64,000 nt of DNA from NCBI GenBank assembly GCA_051294905.1, contig CM119372.1, positions 19,160,001 through 19,224,000 on the forward strand, written 5' to 3'. Shown here one piece after another: positions 14,386 to 26,442 of the stretch. The DNA is from Botryllus schlosseri (lineage: Eukaryota). The notes below the pieces were generated by a model, which had not been told where the DNA came from, made no database searches, and worked only from the letters and a program-made list of their open reading frames with translations. The position numbers and the translations under genes were made by a program. Position 1 is the stretch's first letter. Each line of letters begins with the position of its first letter.

Positions 14386-14886
14386 AGGGATGGGCACAAT
14401 GATTCGAGTACTTGAATCTCAATCGAGTATTAATTCTAATGATTCGAGTCGAGTAGTAAAAGAGTAGGCCTACTGAAAATATACGCTCGACACCACTGTA
14501 AGTTAATTTTTCAACGAGAATTTTAGTTCCGATACTATTTTTCACTGTGGAACATGGAAACCTTGATTGGCCGTATACGAAACACATAGTACGAGCTACT
14601 AGCGTTACTGAAAATGACGTATTTCTGAAGTCATGATCAATACCCACAATATTGTCACAAAGCACAATGAAATCGGTTTGGACGAAAAATACCAAAGTAT
14701 CTTCAATGTGATGGAGAACAGGCATTATATTCTCCGTGGATGCATAGAACATACAAATTTGAACACGGACATCTTACATACTGCCATTACGTCATAATGA
14801 GTGATACTCCAATACTCGACTCGAAGCATAATGCGTGATTCAGAATCGAATCACTCAGGTAGCCTACTCGATTTTGCCCAGCATTA
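14386..14886. mobile_element. Old hAT-like MITE in PRR13-like intron 1
   Basis: TAGGGATGGGCA / TGCCCAGCATTA ends; internal part shared with ~41020-41265; no TSD seen. Confidence 0.5.
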
Positions 14887-15678
14887 ATTAACACACCACA
14901 CTATTGTGTGCAACTAGTAGGCCTAGTCTTTCAATCAGACGACCACTTTGGCCTCGAGCCTGCAAATAAGAGCCATGCACGTGGGATAAAAAGAAATAAC
15001 GGATTCAAGGACTAGTGATGAAAATGAATGTGGCACATGTCGATTGGCGAGGCCTATATGTTACATCGCGATCCGTTAATCTTGACGGCTGACTAGTAAT
15101 CATTAAGTAGAAACTTCTTGCATTTCTACTTTGATGTGGACATGATTGACAACTGTCTAATAGTCGTCAAGTCGAGATACTGTTCAACCGGACTGGAAGA
15201 AGTGGTTGTTTTTGTCAATAAGTTGCGTGCGACAGAAGGGTTTCTAGCATAGAATAATAATGTACTTGAACGGAAAGTTGTGCGTGACGTTGCCACTAAT
15301 TCCACTCGGGCTGTTCCACAGTTGTGGTCCATCAATGCAACATGACCACGACCAGAAATCCAATGCAGATAGATGCTTCATTGTTTATGCAAAGTAAGGG
15401 TAACAAGTAAATTTCAACGAATTTCATCGGTGTTCAGAAAGTCAAATCTCAATAACTTCGAGCTCATTAGCTTAATAATACCATATACACTGTAAAACCT
15501 AGAAAAACATGAATTTTGATCACGACAAGAAAAGGAACGAAAGAATAACGTTATCTGCGACTTTATACTTGAAGTTCAATACTATCACAGGCGTCACTTC
15601 ATCCGTAGGCGTAGGGTAACCAAACAGTATACCGGTATATATTTGAAAAACATGCGAAAAAAGCATTCTTTTTCTCAC

Positions 15679-15757
15679 CTTGAGTTGGATAGCCTTGCGG
15701 GTTGGGATGCGGTGGCGCAGTTGGATAACCGCCTGGTTGTTGTGGATAGCCAGACAT
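15679..15757 (-). CDS. PRR13: PRR13-like proline-rich protein, coding exon 1 (MSGYPQQPGGYPTAPPHPNPQGYPTQ-G)
   Basis: ATG at 15757; G|GTGAGA donor at 15678; phase 1 matches exon 2; same GYP-repeat composition as exon 2. Confidence 0.8.
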
Positions 15758-17559
15758 AGGGAGCTCGATAACTCTTTCAGCTACTAAAATAAATACCGTT
15801 CACCGAGCTAAACTGAAATTCTGTTGTAAATATTTCCCGATATTTTGGCATCGGATGTCAATCACGAGACCATGACGATAAATCTATTGATGCGTGTCAT
15901 GGAAAAAAATTGAGGAAAAATAATTTATAACGAGTTGACACCACTGGGCTATATAAACACGCTATAATACCGTAGCCTTTATAAAGTAGGGTTACCATTA
16001 CCATACGTCCTCCTTTAGGAGGATATGGGTGGAGCCCAATTCTTCTCCTCAACGAAGTACTGCTTAAATGCGAATCTCCACTCAACTAAAAATCGATTGG
16101 TACTCAGCGTTGAGTTATAGATAACTAAGGTAAACCTAAAAACTAAGGTTTACCTTAGTTATCTATAGTTGAGTGCGCGCCAATTCTCTCTGCTCAGCTA
16201 AGTATCGATTTCCAGACGTCGTTTTCCGAGATAGCGTTGCCAGATTTTTTTCGCCTTCGATCGGACACGCGTGAACGATTTTGTCATGACAACACGACGC
16301 TGTCGTCATTATTTCGTCACTGATGTAAAAACTAGACGCAGTTCTCACTGATTTATCTAAATGCAATGAATAGCCTCAGCTGATCCACACTCTTTGAAGA
16401 TGACCCAATAGAAATATATAAATCCTTGAAGATACCCGGGACGTTCCTATGCCCCACAGAAGTATATTTGCAAGACGCTCCATGCCCATTCGAAATATAT
16501 AAAGATAAGTTTCACAGCAGGCGAACACGTAAGTGCAGGCCTGAAATAACAAAAGAATGCATCTATATCGTGAACATAAATTGAAAAATTAACATATTTC
16601 CAGGATTTCTTTCCAATTGAAGCTCCTCTTTGAACCATTCACTTTGCCCCTCTACCATTCAACTTCCCGATATAGCTAGACCCACCCGACATTTTCTCCC
16701 TTAAATATCCAGTATCTCCTATTTCCTATATCTTATGGCAGTGGCTATTCGTCCGGAACCGGACGAATAGCCCGCAGCCACAGTGCAGGCTATTCGTCCG
16801 GAACCGTGTGACGTAACTATCCGAAATTAATGTTTCGTGTGACGTAACTGTTAAAAACCAACATACTGCATACGCTGGCATTATTGAGTATTGAGTATTG
16901 ACGGACTTCGGCTGTTTGTGTTTAGGTTATCGCATCGGTACACAATAGCGCCATGCTCTTAAATATATCGAATACATTGCTTATATGGCAGCACACAGTG
17001 AATCTCAAAGACACAGTACACGATGCGTGAGCAATGAGCATGAGCAGTGAGCACGCGGTACATTGTGCAGTTCAATGATTTCCAGTCCAACATTGTCCAC
17101 TGCTATGCGATGGTACCATCCGAAGAAAAAATTAAGCAAAGCACCGCATCTCTGCTATGCTACCTCTGCTTTGCAGACTTACCGACAAATAATCGCCGTC
17201 TTCTCCCAAAAGCAATTTTTGTGGTGCATTGAACTGATAGAAAATGCTAATAAACCGAACTGAACTGATACTAGACCTGGTATTTGGACACTGGTTCAAC
17301 TCGCCCTGTTTTCATCTCTATCTTTCCAGTCCAGCACGTCTGCTAGAAGATGAAGTTATATATCGTAACACGCATATATGTTCCTACAGGACTATTGCCA
17401 GTAGCGAACTCGGCACTTGGTGAACTTGGTAACAATTCGGCATATATCGATAAATATCATGTAACTGTATGGTATGCACAGGAACATGAACAGACCAGGT
17501 GATGATCCGACTAATATAATCCTATTGTTATCTGAGTATATTCATAGTTCCAACAGGGA

Positions 17560-17563
<4 letters not shown>

Positions 17564-17608
<45 letters not shown>
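17564..17608. repeat. (AG)n microsatellite
   Basis: Read directly from the sequence. Confidence 0.95.
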
Positions 17609-17610
<2 letters not shown>

Positions 17611-18529
17611 TTAGTTAGTCGGACACCCCTAGCAAGTTAATCAGAGGCATTGGTTATCAGCACATTCTAACCCTAACCCTAAATTTCATGATTTGGCAGC
17701 TATTTATTTCCACTATGCATTGGTCTGTGATTATTCCAAATAAAAGTGATGGTCGTACGATTAATCAGTCGAAAGCTACTTTCAATCTGTTCAGGTCGCT
17801 GAAAATACATGAAATCATCCTTACAAATAGGGAACGGATGGCATTGCATTGAACTTGCGCAGCGCGATGATATAATTAGTACCGGTACACCGGAACACCG
17901 GTGCACACCGGTATTCACGCTGCGCCCCAATTGTTTAATTGCGATGTGTCGAGAGGAAAACTACATGTTTATTGTGCGATTCGCAGTGATAACCAAGCAA
18001 AATGTGGCTTATGAACTGTTGTAAATTCAATATCAAAGGCTTCAATGACTGTATGAGTGTATTCGACGACTATCAGGCTCCACTTTCACAGCTATCTCGT
18101 GTCGTTTGAGTGAAATATAGGATCTGGGTTTATTTCGCCTCCACATCTGGGTTTTTCCGAAATATCCCAGTGGCATCTCTGCTGCAGTCGCGCTGTATCG
18201 AAAGGATCGGGAGATCATCATAGAAACGAATGCGAAATAAGCAGTGTTCAGTTCATGCAGGAGTAATTTGATGGTATTGTGATAGAGAGCAACTGCGATA
18301 ACTGCCAGAGTCTTCTTACTACTCGTAGTCTACCTACGTGGATCCTCCAATCGCCAATCCAATCTGTCTATTTTATGAGGTATAGAATGCACGTTATATT
18401 TGATCACGGCGCTTGTAATTCAATTTCGTAGTGATTATCGTCGGGTCATACATTTTCAAATACACACACGTAAAATGCGATATACATGACATAATCCCAG
18501 CAAACACCATATATCTTTTGAACCTGTCA

Positions 18530-18860
18530 GGATATCTTTTTCTTGTCCGCTAATGTTCAAATCATATCTTGTGCATACCTTGTGCTGAAGTACAACTTAA
18601 ATATATCTTTTTCTTGTCCAGTCATGTTCAAATCATATCTTGTGCATACCTTGTGCTGAAGTACAACTTAAATATATCTTTTTCTTGTCCAGTCATGTTC
18701 AAATCATATTTTGTGCAAACCTTGTGCTGAAGCACCACTTAAATATATATTTTTCCTGTCCAGTCATGTCCAAATCATATCTTGTGCATACCTTGTGCTA
18801 AAGCACAACTTCAATACATCTTTTTCTTGTGCATACCTTGTGCTGAAGCACAACTTTTTC
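18530..18860. repeat. 71-bp subterminal tandem array (~4.5 copies)
   Basis: TCTTGTCC recurs at 18541, 18612 and 18683. Confidence 0.9.
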
Positions 18861-19138
18861 TTGGCTAAATTTTGTCGAATGCTGAAAATATATTTGTGAG
18901 GAATATCGAATTCGATTATTGCTTCCTATTATGGTAGAGTGGCGTTTATAAATGTCAAGTAGATTATATTGAATTTTTACTCTTATAGGGCGAATTAGTC
19001 ACCTATAGCATAGTCGTTTACAGCAGTAAACGTGCTGTAAACGACTATGCCTATAGTGTCACTACCGAATGTTCCACCTAGTGCCACGCTGTTCTTGCGA
19101 TTTTGCAGGCTAAACTTCAATATCATATTAGCCCACAT

Positions 19139-21290
19139 CAGACATGGGGTGATTACTTCATGAATGTAATCGATTGCGATTACGATTACTTCTGAATGAC
19201 GCGATTACGATTACGATTACGATTACAGCAAAATCGGGAAGTAGTCGATTACGATTACGATTACATTGGAAAAGTAATCACGATTACTCACAATTACATT
19301 TATTTTGCATGTTTGAATTTTTATTGGAACACAATATATGGATTGCGCTGAAAACGCCTAATGAGATAACAAACTTCCTTCAAAAAGATGCGTCATTTGC
19401 TTGTTACGTCATAATGTACATGTTGCCCATTTTTATAGTGGACGATTTATCGCACCCAACGATTTGCATTCTTGCCAGGTTCATGACTGACCAGTGCCCA
19501 TCCCACATTTCCCAATAGGGCGGGGAGCGAGCTCGAAGGGGACTCAAAAGTACTTCGTAAACCAACATAAATCATAGAGTATTTTTGAGAGATTTAAATA
19601 ACTTGAAAATTGTGTTTTTTCAAGTTGTAAAATTATGCCATATTTGTGTAAGTGCTTTCGAAAAAACATGTTGTATGAGCCTACGGACAATTGCCACCCG
19701 ATGTAGCCGACATACATCGATATAGGAGGGTTGGAACCCCTCAAAATAGTCGGTTCAACAATTATATTAAAGATATTTCGTCAAATGAGCTATATTTCCC
19801 CTATATTTTCAATTGTCAATCTCAATCCACATTCGTGACGCCATTGCTTAAAAAAGAATCAATAAAAAACATGCTTTAAACAAGGGCCTTCTTTTAAACA
19901 TGTTTGCTTTAAATTGATTTTGTTCTAAAAGCACCCCTAATTTATAGTAATGGGCATTTAGGTTCCAGTCAATACCGTGCCACGACGCACCAAAAGACAT
20001 GCAGTTTCGACCAACACGCGACTTCACGAAGTGTGCTACTAAAGAGAGACCTTGGCCGAAACTTGGGGTATGTGCCCATTGTCAATAGCCACGCTGGGTG
20101 GTCGTGACTAATAGTCTGGTCCTTCCAATCTGAATCCACAATGCAGAAGACACTCCCGGGCACCCACAGCACATTAAAGACATGACAATTTGTGTGTACG
20201 TCTCACAAAAGTTTTTTCTTTTAGTCTGCTACGTTTGGGATACAACAATATCTTTTGGTTATATAACAGACCGGAGGCCTTGAATTAACAACATACACTA
20301 AAGTAATTATAACAAGATACCAGACGTAAATCTGACTATCGGGGGCAGAGAGAGGATTAAAAATTAATAATAATATAATGCTATTACCAATTTTATTGAC
20401 GACATTCAGTCTTCAACTTGAAAATACCACCCAATGGGGGCCAAAGACCAACGTTTGGACTGGGGGACGAATTGTTGTTTTGGTTCTGATTCTAGGTATA
20501 TCCAACGCTAACATGATATATAAGTCCATGGCTATGACGGCAGTAGAGTCATACGAGAATAAGATGCGGAGAACATAAAACTCTACCTTGAACTTAATAC
20601 AGTTATGTACTGCAAGCTGCCGTTACGAGAAACGGCAAAAACGGCTCGGTTATGATATGTATCAGTAGTTGTTGATGTTTAATGCTTCGTTTTATTTGAC
20701 GAGTACAAAATTTTAAATCTTTCTCCGGTGAACGTACGTACTACATAGGCCTACTGCTCGCCAATCAGCAACGGTCAAACTGCGTTTAACTAAGCATAAC
20801 CAAGCATTAATGCACAAGTTACTATTTTAAACTAGGCAAAGTGGTGATTAATTATCCTGCTGCGGGGTACTATGGCGTGTGAGACGTGTTGATAAGCTGA
20901 TAAACAGCACAGCGGCTGTTCTTACAATCACACTAATGTACGTACATCGAATATCTATTTACCGTGGCACGCAATGACCAGCAAAGCTAATAGGCTACCT
21001 CTGACGTAATAATGGGCAATGGCATTTGAAAAGCAGACGTTTGTGCTATCACGTAACTGGTATAACATCTCTTCCTTGTTCTCGAATATTCAGTTCATGT
21101 CATAGTCCTTGTACAAATAAAAAGTAACCGTTCTTTCACAAAGGAATCGATTAGATATGGAAAGTAGTCGATTACGATTACGATTACTTCGGAATTTTTT
21201 CGATTGTAATCGATTGCGATTACGATTACTTGAAAATGCTGTAATCGTCGTAATCGATTACGATTACTAATCGCGATTACCCCATGTCTG
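19139..21290. mobile_element. hAT element with (CGATTA)n subterminal repeats
   Basis: CAGACATGGGGT TIR; 8-bp TSD GCCCACAT; partial relatives at ~1060-1219 and ~42830-42947. Confidence 0.88.
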
Positions 21291-22141
21291 GCCCACATCA
21301 TCGCGCTCCGCACCATCCGCTGCTTTCGGTGCTTGGGTATTAGTGTATTTAATTGGTATTACGCAGCCGGATTCTAAATCCTCTGGAGATGATCTGATTC
21401 CCAAATTTTGGAATCCGAATCCATCCGGCTCTAGGTGGCAATTTGAAAGTCCGCAAAATCCGGCTGGAGAATTTCTAGTTCTGCGTTCGAAAAACTTCTG
21501 TCAAAATCATGATATAGTATTTAAGAATATAAGTATAAGCATCTTGCTAAAATCCCACTGTCGGAACAAATTCAGAATCCGCATCCAGTCCGGCTGTACT
21601 GTATCGCTGAAATCCTGCGCCGAATCCGGCTCCTGATCCGGAGTGTAAACGAGAGGTCATTTCTCCCACGCGAATACAAGTCTCGGCGCGAAATATATTA
21701 CTGGCTGACAAAGCGCTCTGATAATGGCGGCTTATATAGCTACAGCTGTGGGTTTGGTTTAGTTGCGTTCAGGAATTAATCATGGTGAAGTGAGGCTCAG
21801 CCAACCATTTCCTTTGGAGGATTACCTAAAACTGTGCATGGTTATTTATATATGCTTAATATTAAACATAGGTACGGTGTATGGTATAATGTCATAAAGT
21901 ATAGACCTTGGTTTGGTTTGCACTTTTGCGAATATCATGAGCTATAGTGACAGTACTGAATTATCATGACGTGGTGGTCGCTCAAATCATGCGCTCTGAT
22001 TGAATGTTTGGCACTTCTTCGATGGCAGTCAGACATCGAAAAGTGTTCACCATGATCACCGATGAATGTTTTCCATGAACACGAAAAAAAAATTATAAAC
22101 GTCAAAATATATTTTTTTTTGTGCCTTTCGAAAGACGAATG

Positions 22142-22415
22142 TTAGGGTTGGGGTGGGGGGTCTTAGGGTGGGGGAAAGGGGGATATTAGGGTTGTCGGAG
22201 GTGATATTAGTGTTAGGATTGGTGGATGGGGATATTAGGGTTGGCGGAGGGGATATTAGTGTTAGGATTGGTGGATATTAGTGTTAGGATTGGTGGATAG
22301 GGATATTAGGGTTGGGGTGGGGGGTATTAGGGTGGGGGAAAGGGGGATATTAGGGTTGGCGGAGGGGACATTAGTGTTAGGATTGGTGGATAGTAATATT
22401 AGGGTTGGGGGAGGG
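22142..22415 (+). repeat. G-rich minisatellite of ATTAGGGTTGG / ATTAGTGTTAGGATTGG units
   Basis: Read directly from the sequence. Confidence 0.85.
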
Positions 22416-22681
22416 GGAGATAGCGTAGTCGTAACGATAAGCGCCCACCAATCTGGCGGACCCGGTTCGATTCCCGTCGGAGGTTTATGTGGGCTCCTCT
22501 TCCCTCGCCGTTGCCGCTCTTACGGAGACAAAAAAGACCAACGAAAGAAAGCACTCACAAGGAATGGAAAGAACTAGTAGAAAGGACCGCGGCTTCAATA
22601 AGATCAACATCGAAATGAACTGCGACATCGGGCACGGCTTCGATAAGATCAACATAGAAAAGAACTGCGACATCGGGCACT
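22416..22681 (+). mobile_element. SINE family A, 3'-truncated, with an internal ~45-bp duplication
   Basis: A box and B box GGTTCGATTCCC; the CGGCTTC..ACATCGGGCA segment is duplicated. Confidence 0.75.
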
Positions 22682-23011
22682 CTAGTACGACGCCATTTCA
22701 TACGAGTATAAATACAGCAATTCGATGGTGGTTTGAAGTTGAAATCTGGTCCCCTCGAAAAAACTATTTTTCACAATTTGCAATGTCGTTTTGCAGTCGC
22801 GGTCTCGACATTGCCAACGGAATCCGATTTTTGTGCTCCGCTCGTATTCCGCCATATCGCCATTGCATTCGGGGCATCGCATTTGTTTCGCAAGCAGTCC
22901 GTGCTGTCGGCACCAAGCAATTGCGCTTGCCTTGTCGATTGTCGCCAAAGTCAGCTCCCTCCAATTTACTTTAGAAAGACTCGGATATACATTCGCCCCC
23001 GCCATCATCAA
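22682..23011 (-). pseudogene. Merlin/IS1595-type transposase N-terminal Zn-ribbon fragment
   Basis: AIAWCRQHGLLAKQMRCPEC...FRWQCRDRDC...IVKNSFFEGTR; truncated before the DDE domain at a SINE junction. Confidence 0.75.
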
Positions 23012-26000
23012 CTCAATGTTACTCGGTCAGGGCGGCATGGTATTTAAATACGTACGGTGAACATTGTGACGTGTTTTGTTTTCGATCGCTGGATGAAGCC
23101 GAATACAGAGTCAACTAGGGGGCAACGCGGCAGTGAAGACTTTAGTGACTGAAAAACACATCGATGAACTCTCGTCGGTGTCCTTTCAATGACAGCTCTA
23201 ACCCGTAGTAATAGAGGGTCAAAGGACGAAGGAAATTCTTCCACTTCAAGTTCGAGTACATTTTATCGACACACACTATAGCCTACTGGTTGCATTTTCT
23301 GCATACTTCTACTTCTACTTGAACAGTTTTCGATTCAAAACAGGCCTATAATACTGACTTTCTACCAAGTTTGAAGTCGCTACTTGTACTACTTGAGTAG
23401 CAACGTTGATTACTCTTATCACCGCTACCCATAGTTGAATGTCTTCTCTGTCACAACTCAAACATATAGGTCGCTAAGGGAATAAATTCTGGTTGCGATC
23501 GCATTAGCGCGATCGTTAAACATTTATGTGATATTTGTTACATATCATCCAACAATGTCCTATGTAGCCTACATTTTGTATATTTTCAACGTCACTGTGT
23601 TGGGTACCACAGGTCCACAGCCAATGATCCAGAAACGCTGAAAAGTGGTTACGGCAATACGGATTATTAATTATGAAGACGCTCGACTAATGCACGGACA
23701 GGGTAGAGCGAGTTAAAGACCATATGATGCCCATATAAACTACGTTTTCTACGTCCGACACACAGTCAGAGTTCAACAGCTTATATATCTTGACTTCAAT
23801 AGCTATTCATGTGCATTACGTTAATTATTTCACTGAATACTGTTTTTGGTCTCTACGTTTTCAACTTGAAGTTCACATTAAACACGGTTTGTTCCTTGTA
23901 TAGGTGGAGAAATAGGCGAATAGTATTATGATTGAGGAAAGCGTTCCGCAAAGTACTTCATTTTCCCATATCAGCCCACGCCCGCCATATATGATAGGTT
24001 TGTAGATGAACGTATAGTCAGAATAACGATTCGTGTATTGTCAGACCTGGTGTCATAGGTTCACGGCATTGAATAAATGTTGAGTATTGCGAAATCGAGA
24101 GACCCGTATGCCGAGTCAACCGGAGGTCAACGCAGCTGCTAAGACAGATTGCTATATTGGTGACCCTGACATCGCACCTGAAATCCATCTAAAGAGAATT
24201 ACGTCACTCGGTATCGCCATGCAATTTCAACGCGTATACTTGCAAATTGTTAATTGCTGTATGGAATCGACACGATCTCTACTGTGTATACTTCACAATA
24301 TTTTGAAGAGTAGTTTTGCCTACTGGTAGTTCAGAGACGTCCAGCCAGATAATTTTGAACTTTCAATTTGCCGTCGAGAAAATCAATATTATTAGGTTGG
24401 CAATGAACATTCCAAAGTCCCGTTCACCAAGACATACCGCGCCTTTATCGTGTAGCACGCAATAGACATTAGAATTGACCGTAGCGGTAGCCCAATTACG
24501 TTCTATCGACCTAAATATATTATGGACGTATACTATAGATAAGTTTGAATATGTCATTATGCAATATTGGGTTGGCTAGTGCCAATTTTCTGATGACATT
24601 CGTTTTCTGTGTGACACAATGGATTCCGATGAAGATCATCATTCTTCGAAGGGTATATATCGCCTTGCCTCAGTTGGTCGTTCACGTGCTGGCAGAAAGT
24701 CCGGTCCACTATAACATTATTAAGGTCAATCTCTATCCCAGCGATGCAAGCCTATATAATCTTGATTCCATTATAGATAATTAACTAACATACGGTAGGT
24801 CAGTTATCTCTAATTCCATATGGTCGTGTTAACCATGAATGCGTGTATTGACTTCACCTCTCGATTCGAGACTTTCTATCTATATGTAAAATATATTCGA
24901 TATTGAAATACGCCGTGGAAATAAGTTTGGGAAAGACATCGCTAAAAGCCTCGAAGGCCATCCCGACAGTCGTCAAGAACGTCCACATTCAAATCTCAAT
25001 TTGATATATCGGCCCATCATTCCGAAACATGCCACTTCATTAGGCTATCATCCCATCACTTCTGTTACTTTATATTCAGTGTCCAACTGCCCATCCTACA
25101 AGGCTACAACGACGTAAGTGCCTCTTTACATTGTCTTATGGCTACAGGAAGTGTGGTGTCCGAATGTCCGGTTTCAACGACTACTAAATATCGTTTCAAT
25201 ACCTTCCAATTTTTTCGTTCAATCGCAATCTTTTCGTGTATTCGAAAGGATGAAATATCAACATACTGATTATCATCAGTTTGCTCCAGCATCACCTATC
25301 GCAAAGTATGTCCTAGCGGCACGAGCCTGCAGGCTTGAATTCACCCGCTTATGTTTTTCCATCGTTTGTAATGATGACTCCGCGTGAATTGACGTAACCT
25401 ATTGATTCAATAGGCATCATATTAATCACTCGCTTATATTTGAATCAGTTTTGTAATGAACTAGAACGATCTACCAAACGATCAACCAAACGCATATAAT
25501 TACTTTTTCTCTACTGCTATAATCAATCAAAGTAATCAATTCATTTATGTTATAGGATGACGATAAAGGGGAAACAGGAGCAAGACTGTTATCGAGGAGG
25601 CTGAAGATTTCGATACCGATAACATGGACTAATGCTAATGCAGAAATATTTGCTGAAGTGATTGCGCAGTTCTGTATCAAGGCCCAATTCTTGCTAACGT
25701 ATTTTCTTCATCCAAGTTTTTTTTGGCGTGTTTTGTACTGATTTCATACAGAACAGAAAGCCATAAACATGATTTTTAAAATTGGCGATTAGTTTTCATT
25801 CTGAATCAAGGCCTACCTCTTGCTAACGTATGTTGTGTGTTGTGTCACGGACTGTTATTTTACCGTCATTCTTCATCCATTTTTATTCCAATTTTCCGTC
25901 GAGGTCTAGTCCAGTGTATTTTTTTTGTATTTTAAACTGGTATAATACAGAACAAAATGCCATACATGATTTGTAAAACTGGCGATTTGTATTCGTTCAA

Positions 26001-26081
26001 ATGTGAAGTGCAGCATATAGCAGGTTCAACCAACCAGGGTTCAGGGTCACACAGGGTCGAGTTCTACAAAAAATATCTTCT

Positions 26082-26187
26082 AGGATATCTTTGAGGATGT
26101 TTATCAGGATATATTTGAGGATGTTTATCAGGATATCTTTGAGCATGTCCATCAGGATATCTTTGAGGATGTCCTTCAGGACATCTT
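26082..26187. repeat. 24-bp subterminal tandem array (AGGATATCTTTGAGGATGTTTATC, ~4.4 copies)
   Basis: Read directly from the sequence. Confidence 0.9.
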
Positions 26188-26193
26188 ATTCGT

Positions 26194-26442
26194 CGCAGTG
26201 GAATCAAAGTATCTTATGTCCATTTTACAGATTTTGAGAAAATTAACTTTGAGTGAAGTTTTCAGCTTCTTTCAGCCATATATTGACCCCGATTAACTTT
26301 GATACACTCAAACAGACATAACTATGGCTAAGATATGACCGAAAGAAATGCAAAAATTTTCGAAAAGTATATTTCTTTCAAGTTTGAAAAAGGGAGCTTC
26401 AAAATTTGAAAACTGGACATAAGATACTTTGATTCCACTGCG
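26194..26442. mobile_element. MITE with ~30-bp TIR (CGCAGTGGAATCAAAGTATCTTATGTCCA)
   Basis: Perfect inverted ends; TSD ambiguous. Confidence 0.8.

Noticed and set aside
18530..18860. CRISPR-like array
   Set aside because: The units are contiguous tandem copies with no unique spacers, there are no cas genes, and the array is subterminal in a DNA transposon.
22142..22415. True telomere or interstitial (TTAGGG)n
   Set aside because: The units are longer and degenerate, with no pure tandem TTAGGG.
22489..22974. 161-aa plus-strand ORF
   Set aside because: It is a chimera of a SINE and the antisense strand of the Merlin transposase fragment.
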